A stretch of 64,000 bases of DNA from Pseudomonadales bacterium (GTDB lineage Bacteria; Pseudomonadota; Gammaproteobacteria; Pseudomonadales; UBA5518): contig JAJVIG010000002.1 of the NCBI GenBank assembly GCA_022072145.1, positions 71,517-135,516 of the forward strand, in the 5' to 3' direction. Below, in pieces: positions 22,709 through 31,959 of this stretch. The notes under the pieces are model-generated. The model saw only the letters and a list, made by a program, of their open reading frames with translations. It was not told where the DNA came from and did not search any database. The position numbers and the translations under genes are program-made. Each line of letters begins with the position of its first letter. Position 1 is the stretch's first letter.

Positions 22709-23320
22709 ATGCCCTGTTACAGCTATGCCGGTTACCGGCCCGTGATCCACCCGGAGGCTTTCGTGCACCCGATGGCGACGCTGATCGGCGATGCGCTCGT
22801 CGGGCCGCGCTGCTACGTGGGGCCCGGAGCGAGCATGCGCGGCGATTTCGGCCGCGTGGAGCTGTGCGCCGGCGCGAACCTGCAGGACAACTGCGTGATG
22901 CACAGCTACCCGGGGCGCATCGCGCGCGTCGGGGAGAACGGCCACGTGGGGCACGGCGCGGTGCTGCACGGCTGCGAGGTCGGGCGCGGCGCGCTGATCG
23001 GCATCGGTGCGGTGATCATGGACAACGTGCTGATCGGCGAGGAGGCGCTGGTGGCCGCCATGAGCTTCGTGAAGGAAGGCACGCAGGTGCCGCCGCGCAC
23101 GCTGGTCGGCGGCATCCCGGCGCGCGTGATGCGCGAGCTGAGCGCCGTGGAGCTCGAATGGAAAGCCGACGGTGTGCGGCAGTACCAGGAGCTGGCGCGC
23201 CGCTCGCTGCTGGAACTGCACCCGTGCGAACCCCTGACCGCGCCCGAAGCCGGGCGCCAACCCAGGTCCGGCGGCTCGCGTCCGCTCGCCGAACTGCGCG
23301 AGTCGGGGCGCGGGAGCTAA
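22709..23320 (+). CDS. hexapeptide-repeat (gamma-carbonic-anhydrase / PaaY / CaiE-like) protein
   Basis: It shows left-handed beta-helix repeats (IGDALVGPRCYVGPGASMRGD...VGHGAVLHGCEVGRGALIGIGAVI). An RBS GAGAGG lies upstream. The ORF is open from 22436, but the upstream part is non-coding. Confidence 0.8.
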   Translation: MPCYSYAGYRPVIHPEAFVHPMATLIGDALVGPRCYVGPGASMRGDFGRVELCAGANLQDNCVMHSYPGRIARVGENGHVGHGAVLHGCEVGRGALIGIGAVIMDNVLIGEEALVAAMSFVKEGTQVPPRTLVGGIPARVMRELSAVELEWKADGVRQYQELARRSLLELHPCEPLTAPEAGRQPRSGGSRPLAELRESGRGS

Positions 23321-23415
23321 CCTTGGCGGGGTAATGCCTGCTCGCGCGGGCGCGGTTTACACTGCCGCGCGCGGCGAACACGCTTGCCGCCGATGACACG
23401 AATGGAGGCCTGACC

Positions 23416-25308
23416 ATGAAGCAACGGATCCTCGCCATCGCGATTGCGGCGACACTCACGGCCTGCGGTGCCGGGGACGAGCGCACCGGCGAGGCGACGA
23501 CCGTGACGGCCGCGCCCGCGGGCGCATCGTCCGCCGGCGCGGCGCCCGATGCGGCCCAGGCCGATGCCTTCGTCGCGCGGGTCGAGCGCGAACTCGGTGA
23601 TTTCTCCGTCTACGAGGCGAAGGTCGCGTGGGTCAACTCGACCTACATCACCGAGGACACCGACTGGCTGAACGCGCGCGCCGCCGCCGAGAGCACCGCG
23701 CTGCAGGTGAAGTTCGCCAACGAGGCGGCACGCTTCGACGCCGTAACGGGGCTGTCGTCGGACACCCGGCGCAAGCTCGACATCCTGAAACAGGCGATCG
23801 TGCTGCCGGCGCCGCAGCGCGAAGGCGCGGCCGGGGAACTGGCGACCATCGCCACGCGCCTGCAGTCCGCCTACGGACGCGGCAAGGGCACGTACCGCGG
23901 CGAAGCGCGGCCGGGTGTCGAGCTCGAGGCGCTGATGGGCACCGAGCGCGATCCCGAACTGCTGCAGGAGATGTGGACGTCCTGGCACGCGGTCGGCAAG
24001 CCGATGCGCGCCGATTACCGTCGCCTGGTCGAGATCGCGAACGAGGGCGCGCGCGAACTCGGCTTCGCCGACCTCGGCGCGATGTGGCGCTCGAACTACG
24101 ACATGAGCCCGCAGGAGTTCGCCGAGCTCAACGATCGCCTGTGGGGCGAGGTCAGGCCGCTGTACGAGCAACTGCACTGCTACACGCGCCGGGCGCTGAA
24201 CCGCAAGTACGGTGACGCGGTGCAGCCGGCCAGCGGGCCGCTGCGTGCCGATCTGCTCGGCAATATGTGGGCGCAGGAATGGGATTCCATCTACGACCTG
24301 GTCGCGCCCGCCGGCAGCGGCGACATCGGCTACGACCTGAACGATCTGCTGGTGGCCAAGGACTACGACGCGACGCGCATCGTCAAGACCGGGGAGGCCT
24401 TCTTCACGTCGCTCGGCTTCGCGCCGCTGCCGCAGACGTTCTGGGAACGCTCGATGATCACCAAGCCGCGCGATCGCGAGGTGGTGTGCCACGCCTCGGC
24501 GTGGGACGTCGACAACAAGGACGATCTGCGCATCAAGATGTGCACGCTGGTCAACGCCACCGACTTCGTCACCGTGCACCACGAACTCGGGCACAACTTC
24601 TACCAGCGCGCCTACAACCGGCAGCCGTTCCTGTACCTGGGCAGCGCGAACGACGGTTTCCACGAGGCGATCGGCGACATGATCGCGCTGTCGGTCACGC
24701 CGGAGTACCTGGTGTCGATCGGGCTGCTCGAGGCGGGCAAGGTGCCCGACGCCTCGCGCGACATCGGATTGCTGCTGCGCCAGGCGCTGGAGAAGGTGCC
24801 GGGAATGGCGTGGACGGTGCTGGTCGACAAGTGGCGCTGGGGCGTGTTCGATGGCAGCATCGCGCCCGATGCCTACAACAAGGCGTGGAACGATCTGCGC
24901 CGCGAGTACATGGGCGTGGTGCCGCCGGTGGCGCGCAGCGAGGAGGACTTCGACCCGGGGGCCAAATTCCATATCCCGGGCAACACCCCGTACGCGCGCT
25001 ATTTCCTCGCACGCATGTTGCAGTTCCAGTTCTACCAGCGCGCCTGCGAGATCGCGGGCTGGCAGGGTCCGCTGCACCGCTGCTCGTTCTACGGCAACCG
25101 CGAGGTCGGCGCGAAGCTCGACGCGATGCTCGCGATGGGCCGCTCGCGCCCGTGGCCCGATGCGCTGGAGGCCTTCACCGGCACCCGCGAAATGAACGGC
25201 AAGGCGGTGCTGGCGTATTTCGCGCCGCTGCAGGCGTGGCTGGAGGAACAGAACCGCGGCCAGCAGTGCACCTGGCAGGTTCGGCCTGTGGCCGAACATG
25301 TCCCGTAG
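23416..25308 (+). CDS. M2-family metallopeptidase (peptidyl-dipeptidase A / ACE-like), lipoprotein
   Basis: It has a signal peptide with lipobox (AATLTAC), the zinc motif VHHELGHNFY and the downstream HEAIGD. The last ~10 codons and the stop lie inside REP sequence. Confidence 0.9.
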   Translation: MKQRILAIAIAATLTACGAGDERTGEATTVTAAPAGASSAGAAPDAAQADAFVARVERELGDFSVYEAKVAWVNSTYITEDTDWLNARAAAESTALQVKFANEAARFDAVTGLSSDTRRKLDILKQAIVLPAPQREGAAGELATIATRLQSAYGRGKGTYRGEARPGVELEALMGTERDPELLQEMWTSWHAVGKPMRADYRRLVEIANEGARELGFADLGAMWRSNYDMSPQEFAELNDRLWGEVRPLYEQLHCYTRRALNRKYGDAVQPASGPLRADLLGNMWAQEWDSIYDLVAPAGSGDIGYDLNDLLVAKDYDATRIVKTGEAFFTSLGFAPLPQTFWERSMITKPRDREVVCHASAWDVDNKDDLRIKMCTLVNATDFVTVHHELGHNFYQRAYNRQPFLYLGSANDGFHEAIGDMIALSVTPEYLVSIGLLEAGKVPDASRDIGLLLRQALEKVPGMAWTVLVDKWRWGVFDGSIAPDAYNKAWNDLRREYMGVVPPVARSEEDFDPGAKFHIPGNTPYARYFLARMLQFQFYQRACEIAGWQGPLHRCSFYGNREVGAKLDAMLAMGRSRPWPDALEAFTGTREMNGKAVLAYFAPLQAWLEEQNRGQQCTWQVRPVAEHVP

Positions 25309-25454
25309 GTTCGGCTGTGGCCGAACAAGATGTCCGGGCACAGCCCGGACCTACGCGAACACGGCATGGCGCACGACGCCCGTAGGTTCGGCCTGCGGCC
25401 GAACAATGTGCCGCACGACGTGCCAGAAAATGTCCGGGCACAGCCCGGACCTAC
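25277..25454. repeat. REP cluster F (three units, one with a 1-nt deletion in a stem)
   Basis: The hairpin GTTCGGCCTGTGGCCGAAC is followed by GTAGGTTCGGCTGTGGCCGAAC...GTCCGGGCACAGCCCGGACCTAC and then GTAGGTTCGGCCTGCGGCCGAAC...GTCCGGGCACAGCCCGGACCTAC. Confidence 0.9.
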
Positions 25455-27268
25455 GCGAGCCTGTCCCGTCGATCAACGGACGTCATCGACCGGATCACGG
25501 CGAGGAACGCGGTGGCGTAGCGTTCGCGCTTGCGCTCGCCCACGCCGCCCAGTTGGCCGAATTCCGCCTCGTCGCGCGGCAGTCGTTCGCACATCTCGCG
25601 CAGCGTGCTGTCGTGGAAGATCACGTACGGCGGCACGCCCTGTTCGGCGGCCAGCGCGTTGCGGCAGGCGCGCAGCGCCTCCCACAGCGCGGAGTCCGCG
25701 GCCGCGGGTGCCGCGGTGCCTTTGGTTCGCCGGGTGGCCTTGCGCGCCTGCTCCCGGCGCAGCTCGATGCGCTCCTCGCCGCGCAACAGCGCGCGTGAGC
25801 GCTCCTCCAGCCTGATCGCGCCGTAGTCGTGCATGTCGACGCGCAGGTAACCGCGCGCGACCAGCTGGCGGAACACCGAGCGCCAGGTGTTGGCCTCGAA
25901 TGCGGCGCCGACGCCGAAGGTCGGCAGGCGGTCGTGGCCGGCGCCGCGGATCCGTTCGTTGCCGCTGCCGCGCAGCACGTCGATCAGGTAGTTCACCCCG
26001 TAGCGCTGGCCGGTGCGCAGCACGGCGCTGAGCGCCATGCGCGCCGCCTCGGTGGCGTCCCAGGTCGGCGCGGGCTCCAGGCAGGTGTCGCAGTTGCCGC
26101 AGCGTTCGGCGCCGCGCTCACCGAAGTAGTCCAGCAGCGCGCGCCGCCGGCAGCTGGTGATCTCGCACAGTCCCAGCATCGCGTTCAGGCGTTGCTGCTC
26201 GGCGCGCCGGTGCTCCTCGCTGCCCTGCGATGCGTCGAGCATCTGGCGCAGCTTGATCACATCCTGCAGTCCGTACAGCAGCCACGCGTCGGCCGGCAGC
26301 CCGTCACGGCCCGCGCGCCCGGTTTCCTGGTAGTAGGACTCGATCGTCTTCGGCAGATCCAGGTGCGCGACGAAACGCACGTCGGGCTTGTCGATTCCCA
26401 TGCCGAAAGCGATCGTCGCGACCACGATCACGCCGTCCTCGCGCAGGAACCTCACCTGGTTCGCCGCGCGCGCGGCGGCGTCCATGCCCGCGTGGTAGGG
26501 CAGCGCGGCGAAGCCGTGCCCGTTCAGCCAGCGCGCGACCTCCTCGGTTTTCGCGCGCGACAGGCAGTAGACGATGCCCGCGTCGTGCGGATGTTCCTCG
26601 CGCAGGAAGCGCAGCAGCTGCGCCTGCGGGTTCTGCTTGATGCCGATGCGGTAGCGGATGTTGGGGCGATCGAAGCCCGCGATGAAGTGCAGTGCCCCGC
26701 CGAGGTCCAGCCGCTCGACGATCTCGGCGCGCGTGCGCTGGTCGGCGGTGGCGGTGAGCGCGATGCGCGGCACGCCGGGGAACTCGCGGTGCAGGCGCTC
26801 GAGCGCGAGGTAATCGGCGCGGAAATCGTGTCCCCACTGCGAGACGCAGTGCGCCTCGTCGATCGCGAACAGCGCGATAGCCGCGCGCTCCAGCAGCTCC
26901 AGCGTGCGCGGCTGGAACAGCCGTTCGGGCGCCACGTAGAGCAGGTCCAGCTCGCCGGCGAGCAGCGCGCCTTCGATCGAGCGCTGCGCCACAGTCGTCA
27001 GCGTGGAGTTCAGGAAGCTCGCGCGCACGCCGAGCTGGCGCAGCGCCTCGACCTGGTCCTGCATCAGCGCGATCAGCGGCGACACCACGATGCCGCAGCC
27101 CGGACGCACGAGTGCCGGGATCTGGTAGCACAGCGACTTGCCGCCGCCGGTGGGCATCAGCACCAGCGCATCGCCACCGCCGATCACGGTCTCGACGATG
27201 TCCTGTTGCGGGGGGCGGAACGCGGCGTGGCCGAACACGTCGCGCAGGATCTGCAGTGCCTTGCTCAT
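25451..27268 (-). CDS. recQ: ATP-dependent DNA helicase RecQ
   Basis: It starts [25 protein letters not shown] and has the Walker [14 protein letters not shown], the DEAH box [16 protein letters not shown], and RQC and HRDC regions. An alternative ATG lies at 27277. The longer track ORF (to 27520) is an artefact. Confidence 0.92.
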   Translation of the reverse strand: MSKALQILRDVFGHAAFRPPQQDIVETVIGGGDALVLMPTGGGKSLCYQIPALVRPGCGIVVSPLIALMQDQVEALRQLGVRASFLNSTLTTVAQRSIEGALLAGELDLLYVAPERLFQPRTLELLERAAIALFAIDEAHCVSQWGHDFRADYLALERLHREFPGVPRIALTATADQRTRAEIVERLDLGGALHFIAGFDRPNIRYRIGIKQNPQAQLLRFLREEHPHDAGIVYCLSRAKTEEVARWLNGHGFAALPYHAGMDAAARAANQVRFLREDGVIVVATIAFGMGIDKPDVRFVAHLDLPKTIESYYQETGRAGRDGLPADAWLLYGLQDVIKLRQMLDASQGSEEHRRAEQQRLNAMLGLCEITSCRRRALLDYFGERGAERCGNCDTCLEPAPTWDATEAARMALSAVLRTGQRYGVNYLIDVLRGSGNERIRGAGHDRLPTFGVGAAFEANTWRSVFRQLVARGYLRVDMHDYGAIRLEERSRALLRGEERIELRREQARKATRRTKGTAAPAAADSALWEALRACRNALAAEQGVPPYVIFHDSTLREMCERLPRDEAEFGQLGGVGERKRERYATAFLAVIRSMTSVDRRDRLA

Positions 27269-27326
27269 CGGCCGCATTATACGGGCCGCACACGCCGGCC
27301 CGCGCGGCCCGTCGTGGCTGTCTCGC

Positions 27327-28703
27327 TCAGGCGTGGACCAGGTACCAGCGCCAGTCCTGCTCGCCAACCTCGCCCATGAATTGCGCGTGCTCGGCGTGCT
27401 TGATCGCGAGGAACACCTCGAGGAACTCCTTGCCGAAGGCATCCCGCGCCCACGACGAGGCCGCGAGCGCCTGCAGCGCCGCGAGCCAGTCGGTCGGCAG
27501 GCGTGCTCCGGCTTGCGCATAGCCGTTGCCGGTCACGGGTGGCGGCGGCTCGCGGCGCGCGCCGATGCCCTCGCGGATCGCCGCCAGCATTGCCGCGGCG
27601 ACCAGGTACGGGTTGGCGTCGGCGCCGGCGATGCGGTGCTCGATGTGGCGGGTGGCGGCCGGGCCGCCCGGCACGCGCAGCGACACCGTGCGGTTGTTCA
27701 CGCCCCAGGTCGGGGCGAGCGGCGCGTAGCTGTTGGCCTGGAAGCGGCGGAACGAGTTCGCGTGCGGACAGAACAGCGCGAGCGACTCGCCCAGGCGCTC
27801 CAGCATGCCGGCGATCGCGTGGCGCATCAGCGGCGTGCCGGTGGGATCCTCGCTGGCGAACAGGTTGTGGCCGTCGCCGTCGGCCAGGCTGGCGTGCAGG
27901 TGCAGGCCGCTGCCGGCGCGCTCGGCGAAGGGCTTGGCCATGAAGCAGGCCCGCAGGCCGTGGCGGGCCGCGACGCCCTTCACCGCCCGCTTGTAACGCA
28001 CGCCCTCGTCGATCGCGCGCAGCGCCTCGCCGCGGTGTTCCAGCGTGATCTCCAGCTGCCCCGGCGCGTACTCCGAGATCGCGGTGCGGATCGGCAGGCC
28101 CTGGCGTTCGCAGGCGTCGTAGAGATCGTCGAAGAAGGGTTGCAGCTGTTCGAGTTCGAGCACCCCGTAGACCTGCGGCGTGTCGGGCCGCGTTCCGCTG
28201 GCGAGCAGCGCCGGTTGCGGCCGGCCGGCGGCGTCGCGCACGGTGTCGAGCAGGTAGAACTCGAGCTCGACCGCGAGCACAGGATGCATGCCCTCGGCGG
28301 CCAGCGCCTCGACCGTGCGCGCGAGCACGCGGCGCGGGCAGGCCACTGCCGCGGGCAGGCCGCGCTGCGGGTGCAGCGCGAGCTGCAGCTGCCCGGTGGG
28401 CCGTGCCCGCCACGGTTGCAGCACCAGGCTGCCGGCCAGCGGCCAGGTCCAGCAGTCGGCGTCGCCCACGTCCCAGACCAGCCCGGTCTCCGGCACGTCC
28501 TCGCCGTTGATCGTGAGCCCGAGGATGCTCGCCGGCAGCGGGCGGCCGTTGCGGTACGCCGCGAGCAGTTCGTCGCGGTGCAGCAGCTTGCCGCGCGGTA
28601 CGCCGTTGATGTCGATCAGGAATGCCTCGACCGAGCGCACCTCCGGGTGCGCCGCGAGGAAGTGTTCGGCCTCGGCGGGATCGGCGAAGTCCATCGGTGT
28701 CAT
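27327..28703 (-). CDS. glutamine synthetase family protein (gamma-glutamyl-amine ligase, PuuA/PauA-like)
   Basis: The protein starts [16 protein letters not shown] and contains [19 protein letters not shown] and NRTVSLRVP. The ATG overlaps the TGA of the upstream reading frame (ATGA). Confidence 0.85.
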   Translation of the reverse strand: MTPMDFADPAEAEHFLAAHPEVRSVEAFLIDINGVPRGKLLHRDELLAAYRNGRPLPASILGLTINGEDVPETGLVWDVGDADCWTWPLAGSLVLQPWRARPTGQLQLALHPQRGLPAAVACPRRVLARTVEALAAEGMHPVLAVELEFYLLDTVRDAAGRPQPALLASGTRPDTPQVYGVLELEQLQPFFDDLYDACERQGLPIRTAISEYAPGQLEITLEHRGEALRAIDEGVRYKRAVKGVAARHGLRACFMAKPFAERAGSGLHLHASLADGDGHNLFASEDPTGTPLMRHAIAGMLERLGESLALFCPHANSFRRFQANSYAPLAPTWGVNNRTVSLRVPGGPAATRHIEHRIAGADANPYLVAAAMLAAIREGIGARREPPPPVTGNGYAQAGARLPTDWLAALQALAASSWARDAFGKEFLEVFLAIKHAEHAQFMGEVGEQDWRWYLVHA

Positions 28704-28864
28704 TGCCTCGCTCCCGGCAGTGCGAGCAGCGTGGCGAGCGCCGCGTCCAGCGTGGTGAGCAGGACCGAGACGTCGGCCCCGGTGGTGTGCGGAGAGCACA
28801 GCGTCATGTTGTGGAACGGCGTGATCAGCACGCCGCGGTTGATCAGGTACAGGTGCAGCGCCAT
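28700..28864 (-). other. C-terminal 54 codons of the upstream aminotransferase, separated from it by an in-frame TAG
   Basis: In the same frame, directly after TAG 28865-28867, the sequence reads [54 protein letters not shown]. This is the conserved tail of this aminotransferase class. It ends on a TGA overlapping the GS-like start. Confidence 0.8.
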
Positions 28865-30085
28865 CTACAGCGCGTCGTAAAACGCCGCCTGCGCCGCGGC
28901 GCCGTCGCGCGGCGGCTCGGCGCAGAACTGGAACTCGCAGCGTGCCCCCAGCGCGGTGACCGACCACGCCAGCCCGTGACGCGCGATCAGCGCACGCAGG
29001 CCATCGGCGAGCCGCGCCGCCTGCGCCAGCATGTGTTCCCACGCGGTATCGCTCATCACCTGTTCGAGGTTCACGCGCAGGCAACGCAGCGCCAGTGCGT
29101 TGGCCGCCAGCGTGGTTCCCATGCCGCTGTGGCCGTGCGCACCGCCGCCGGCGGCAGCGCGCGCGCGTTCCATCGCCGCGGCCGCCTCCGCGCTGCACCC
29201 GTACACCGCCGCCGGCATGCCGCCGGCGATCGCCTTGCCGACGGTGAGCAGGTCCGGCTCGAGCTTCCATGCGCGCGTGCAGCCACCGGGGCCGGTGGAC
29301 AGGGTGTGCGTTTCGTCGAGGATCAGCAGCGTGCCGTGACGGCGGGTGGCCGCGCGCAGCGCCGCAAGGAAGCCGGGCTGCGGCAGCACCATGCCGATGT
29401 TGGTCAGCGCCGGCTCGCACAGCACCGCGGCCACGTCGCCGGGAGCGAGCGCCTGCTCCAGTGCCCCGGGGTCGTTGAACGGCACCACGCGCGTGCTGCG
29501 CGTGGCGTCGAACACCTGGCCTATCAGCCCCGGGCGCGGCACCGTGCGCCCGGCGTGCAGGCGCACCAGCGTGTCCTCGACCGTGCCGTGGTAGCAGCCG
29601 TCGAACACCACCACGGTGGCGCGCCCGGTGATCGCGCGCGCCCAGCGCAGCACCGCGCGGTTGGCGTCCGTGGCGGTGGCCGTGAGCTGCCAGTACGGCA
29701 GCCCGAAGCGCTGCCCGAGCAGTTCGCCGGCGACCACCGCGTCCTCGCCGGGCAGCATCGTCGATAATCCTCGGCGGCCCTGGGCAGCCAGCGCCCCGGC
29801 GATCGGGGCGGGCGAATGGCCGAACATCGCGGCGGTATCGCCGAGGCAGAAGTCCACGTAGTCGTGCCCGTCCACGTCGACGAGGTGTGCGCCGCCCGCG
29901 CTGGCCGCGAACAGCGGGCAGGGGGTGGACCAGTCGGCCATCCAGTGCATCGGCACGCCGCCGAACAACGCACCGCGCGCGCGCCCGGACAGCGCCGTCG
30001 AACGCGGGTTGCGCGCCAGGAACAACCGTCGTTCGTGTTCGGCGAAGGTCGCGACCGCCGCGTCGCCGATGCCGCTCGCAGTCAT
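28865..30085 (-). CDS. class-III (GSA-aminomutase-like) PLP aminotransferase, terminated prematurely by an in-frame amber codon
   Basis: It reads DFCLGDTAAMFGHSP...ATATDANRAVLRWAR...LILDETHTLSTGPGG and has the PLP-lysine motif TVGKAIAGGMP. An RBS GGAGAG lies upstream. Confidence 0.85.
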   Translation of the reverse strand: MTASGIGDAAVATFAEHERRLFLARNPRSTALSGRARGALFGGVPMHWMADWSTPCPLFAASAGGAHLVDVDGHDYVDFCLGDTAAMFGHSPAPIAGALAAQGRRGLSTMLPGEDAVVAGELLGQRFGLPYWQLTATATDANRAVLRWARAITGRATVVVFDGCYHGTVEDTLVRLHAGRTVPRPGLIGQVFDATRSTRVVPFNDPGALEQALAPGDVAAVLCEPALTNIGMVLPQPGFLAALRAATRRHGTLLILDETHTLSTGPGGCTRAWKLEPDLLTVGKAIAGGMPAAVYGCSAEAAAAMERARAAAGGGAHGHSGMGTTLAANALALRCLRVNLEQVMSDTAWEHMLAQAARLADGLRALIARHGLAWSVTALGARCEFQFCAEPPRDGAAAQAAFYDAL

Positions 30086-30230
30086 GGGGACTCGCTCTCC
30101 GTTGGGGTGTGTGGCGGCTCATGTTCGGTGCGCGCCGCCGCGGCTGTCAAAGGTGCGGCCTATCCCGAAATGGTTAGCGGATGGCCCGCCGCGCGCCTCG
30201 TACGGTGGTGGTGTTCGTATACGGCAGGCG

Positions 30231-30254
30231 ATATATACTTGAACCCGTATATGT
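30231..30254. promoter_or_regulatory. candidate ArsR operator / ars promoter dyad
   Basis: ATATATAC-N8-GTATATGT is a 7/8 inverted repeat. It sits in the only AT-rich patch of the intergenic region, 20-40 nt upstream of the arsR start. Confidence 0.5.
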
Positions 30255-30273
30255 CGGCCCATGCGAGGTGCGT

Positions 30274-30630
30274 GTGCGATTGCCCGATTTCTTCAAGTGC
30301 CTGGCCGACGAAACGCGGCTGAAATGCCTGCTGCTGATCCTGTCCGAGGGCGAGCTGTGCGTGTGCGAGCTGACCACCGCGCTCGACGAGATCCAGCCCA
30401 AGGTGTCGCGCCACCTCGGACAACTGCGCCGCTGCGGACTGCTCGCGGACCGGCGCCAGGGGCAGTGGGTGTACTACCGGCTCGCGCCGGAGTTGCCCGG
30501 CTGGGCGCGCGCGGTGCTCGAGGAGACCGCGCGCGCCAACGCCGCCTTCGTGCGGCCCAACCTGAAGGTCCTGAAGCGCATGGGCGAGCGCCCGCGACGC
30601 CAGCTGGACCGTTGCACCGCCAAGGAGTAG
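30274..30630 (+). CDS. arsR: ArsR/SmtB-family metalloregulator
   Basis: It reads [52 protein letters not shown], which includes the CVC metalloid site and a winged HTH. The GTG 30274 start follows GAGG. Alternative starts are at 30268 and 30280, and the ORF is open from 30181. Confidence 0.88.
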   Translation: MRLPDFFKCLADETRLKCLLLILSEGELCVCELTTALDEIQPKVSRHLGQLRRCGLLADRRQGQWVYYRLAPELPGWARAVLEETARANAAFVRPNLKVLKRMGERPRRQLDRCTAKE

Positions 30631-30634
30631 CGGT

Positions 30635-30730
30635 ATGGGGCTGCGTATGAAGATCTACGCCTGGTACGACAACGAGTGGGGCTACGTGAACCGCACCGTG
30701 GAACTGGCGCGCCTCGTGGGCGGCGGCTGA
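30635..30730 (+). pseudogene. remnant of an ars-linked glyceraldehyde-3-phosphate dehydrogenase gene (31 codons)
   Basis: It translates to [31 protein letters not shown]. The WYDNEWGY motif is the invariant C-terminal signature of GAPDH. The position between arsR and arsJ matches the known arsR-gapdh-arsJ arrangement. Confidence 0.8.
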
Positions 30731-30739
30731 GATCCGGCG

Positions 30740-31945
30740 ATGGCGCCAATGACGCACGATCTGCGCCAGTACCTTCTGGTGACCGGCAACTACTGGGCAT
30801 TCACGCTCACCGACGGCGCCTTGCGCATGCTGGTGGTGCTGCACTTCCACGCGCTCGGCTACCGCCCGCTCGAGATCGCGCTGCTGTTCCTGTTCTACGA
30901 GTTCTTCGGCGTCGTCACCAACCTGCTCGGTGGCTGGCTGGGTGCGCATCTCGGTCTGAACCGCACCATGCACATCGGGCTCGGGCTGCAGATCGTGGCG
31001 CTGGCGATGCTGCTGGTGCCGGCCGCCGCGCTGACCGTGGCCTGGGTGATGGCGGCGCAGGCGGTGTCGGGAATCGCCAAGGACCTCAACAAGATGAGCG
31101 CCAAGAGCGCCGTGAAGCTGCTGCTCCCGCCGGGCGCGGAGGGGCCGCTGTACCGCTGGGTGGCGCGGCTCACGGGATCGAAGAACGCGCTGAAGGGCGC
31201 GGGATTCTTCCTCGGCGGCACGCTGCTGGCGTTCGCGGGCTTTCGCGGCGCGGTCGCGGCGATGGCCGCGGCGCTGCTGCTGGTATGGATCGGCAGCGTG
31301 GCGACCTTGCGCACCGATCTGGGCAAGGCGAGGAACAGGCCGAAGTTTCGCGATATCTTCTCGCAGAGCCGTGCGGTCAACGTGCTGTCGGCGGCACGGG
31401 TGTTCCTGTTCGGCGCGCGCGACGTGTGGTTCGTGGTGGCGCTGCCGGTATACCTCGCGGACGTCTTCGGCTGGGATCAGCTGCGAGTCGGCGGTTTTCT
31501 CGCGCTGTGGATCATCGGCTACGGCGTGGTGCAGGCGTTGGCGCCGCACATCACGCGCGCACGCGCCGACGGGCGCGATGCCTTCGGCTGGGCCGCGGCG
31601 CTGGCCTTCGCGCCGGCGCTGATCGCGCTCGCGCTGGGGGCGGAACTCACACCGCGCACGACGCTGCCGCTCGGTCTGCTCGTGTTCGGCGCGCTGTTCG
31701 CGGTGAACTCCGCGCTGCACAGCTACCTTATCGTCAGTTACGCGCGCGAGGACGGCGTGTCGCTGGACGTGGGCTTCTACTACATGGCCAACGCGCTGGG
31801 GCGGCTGATCGGCACCGTGCTCTCTGGCTGGGTGTTCCAGGCTGGTGGGCTGGTCGCATGCCTGTGGATCTCGACGGCATTCGTCGCCGCGGCGGCGCTG
31901 GTCTCCACCGCGTTGCCGCGGCATCCGCGAGCGGATGCATCCTGA
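30740..31945 (+). CDS. arsJ: organoarsenical (1-arseno-3-phosphoglycerate) efflux MFS transporter ArsJ
   Basis: It starts YLLVTGNYWAFTLTDGALRMLVVLHFHALGY and is a 12-TM MFS protein of about 400 aa, sited next to arsR and the gapdh remnant. Confidence 0.8.
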   Translation: MAPMTHDLRQYLLVTGNYWAFTLTDGALRMLVVLHFHALGYRPLEIALLFLFYEFFGVVTNLLGGWLGAHLGLNRTMHIGLGLQIVALAMLLVPAAALTVAWVMAAQAVSGIAKDLNKMSAKSAVKLLLPPGAEGPLYRWVARLTGSKNALKGAGFFLGGTLLAFAGFRGAVAAMAAALLLVWIGSVATLRTDLGKARNRPKFRDIFSQSRAVNVLSAARVFLFGARDVWFVVALPVYLADVFGWDQLRVGGFLALWIIGYGVVQALAPHITRARADGRDAFGWAAALAFAPALIALALGAELTPRTTLPLGLLVFGALFAVNSALHSYLIVSYAREDGVSLDVGFYYMANALGRLIGTVLSGWVFQAGGLVACLWISTAFVAAAALVSTALPRHPRADAS

Positions 31946-31959
31946 GGAGAAACGGATTC

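Noticed and set aside
27327-30122. A 931-aa ORF that appears to fuse the GS-like gene with upstream sequence
   Set aside because: Upstream of MTPMDF (28703) the translation is an out-of-frame read of the aminotransferase gene. The true aminotransferase frame is 28865-30085 plus its 54-codon tail.
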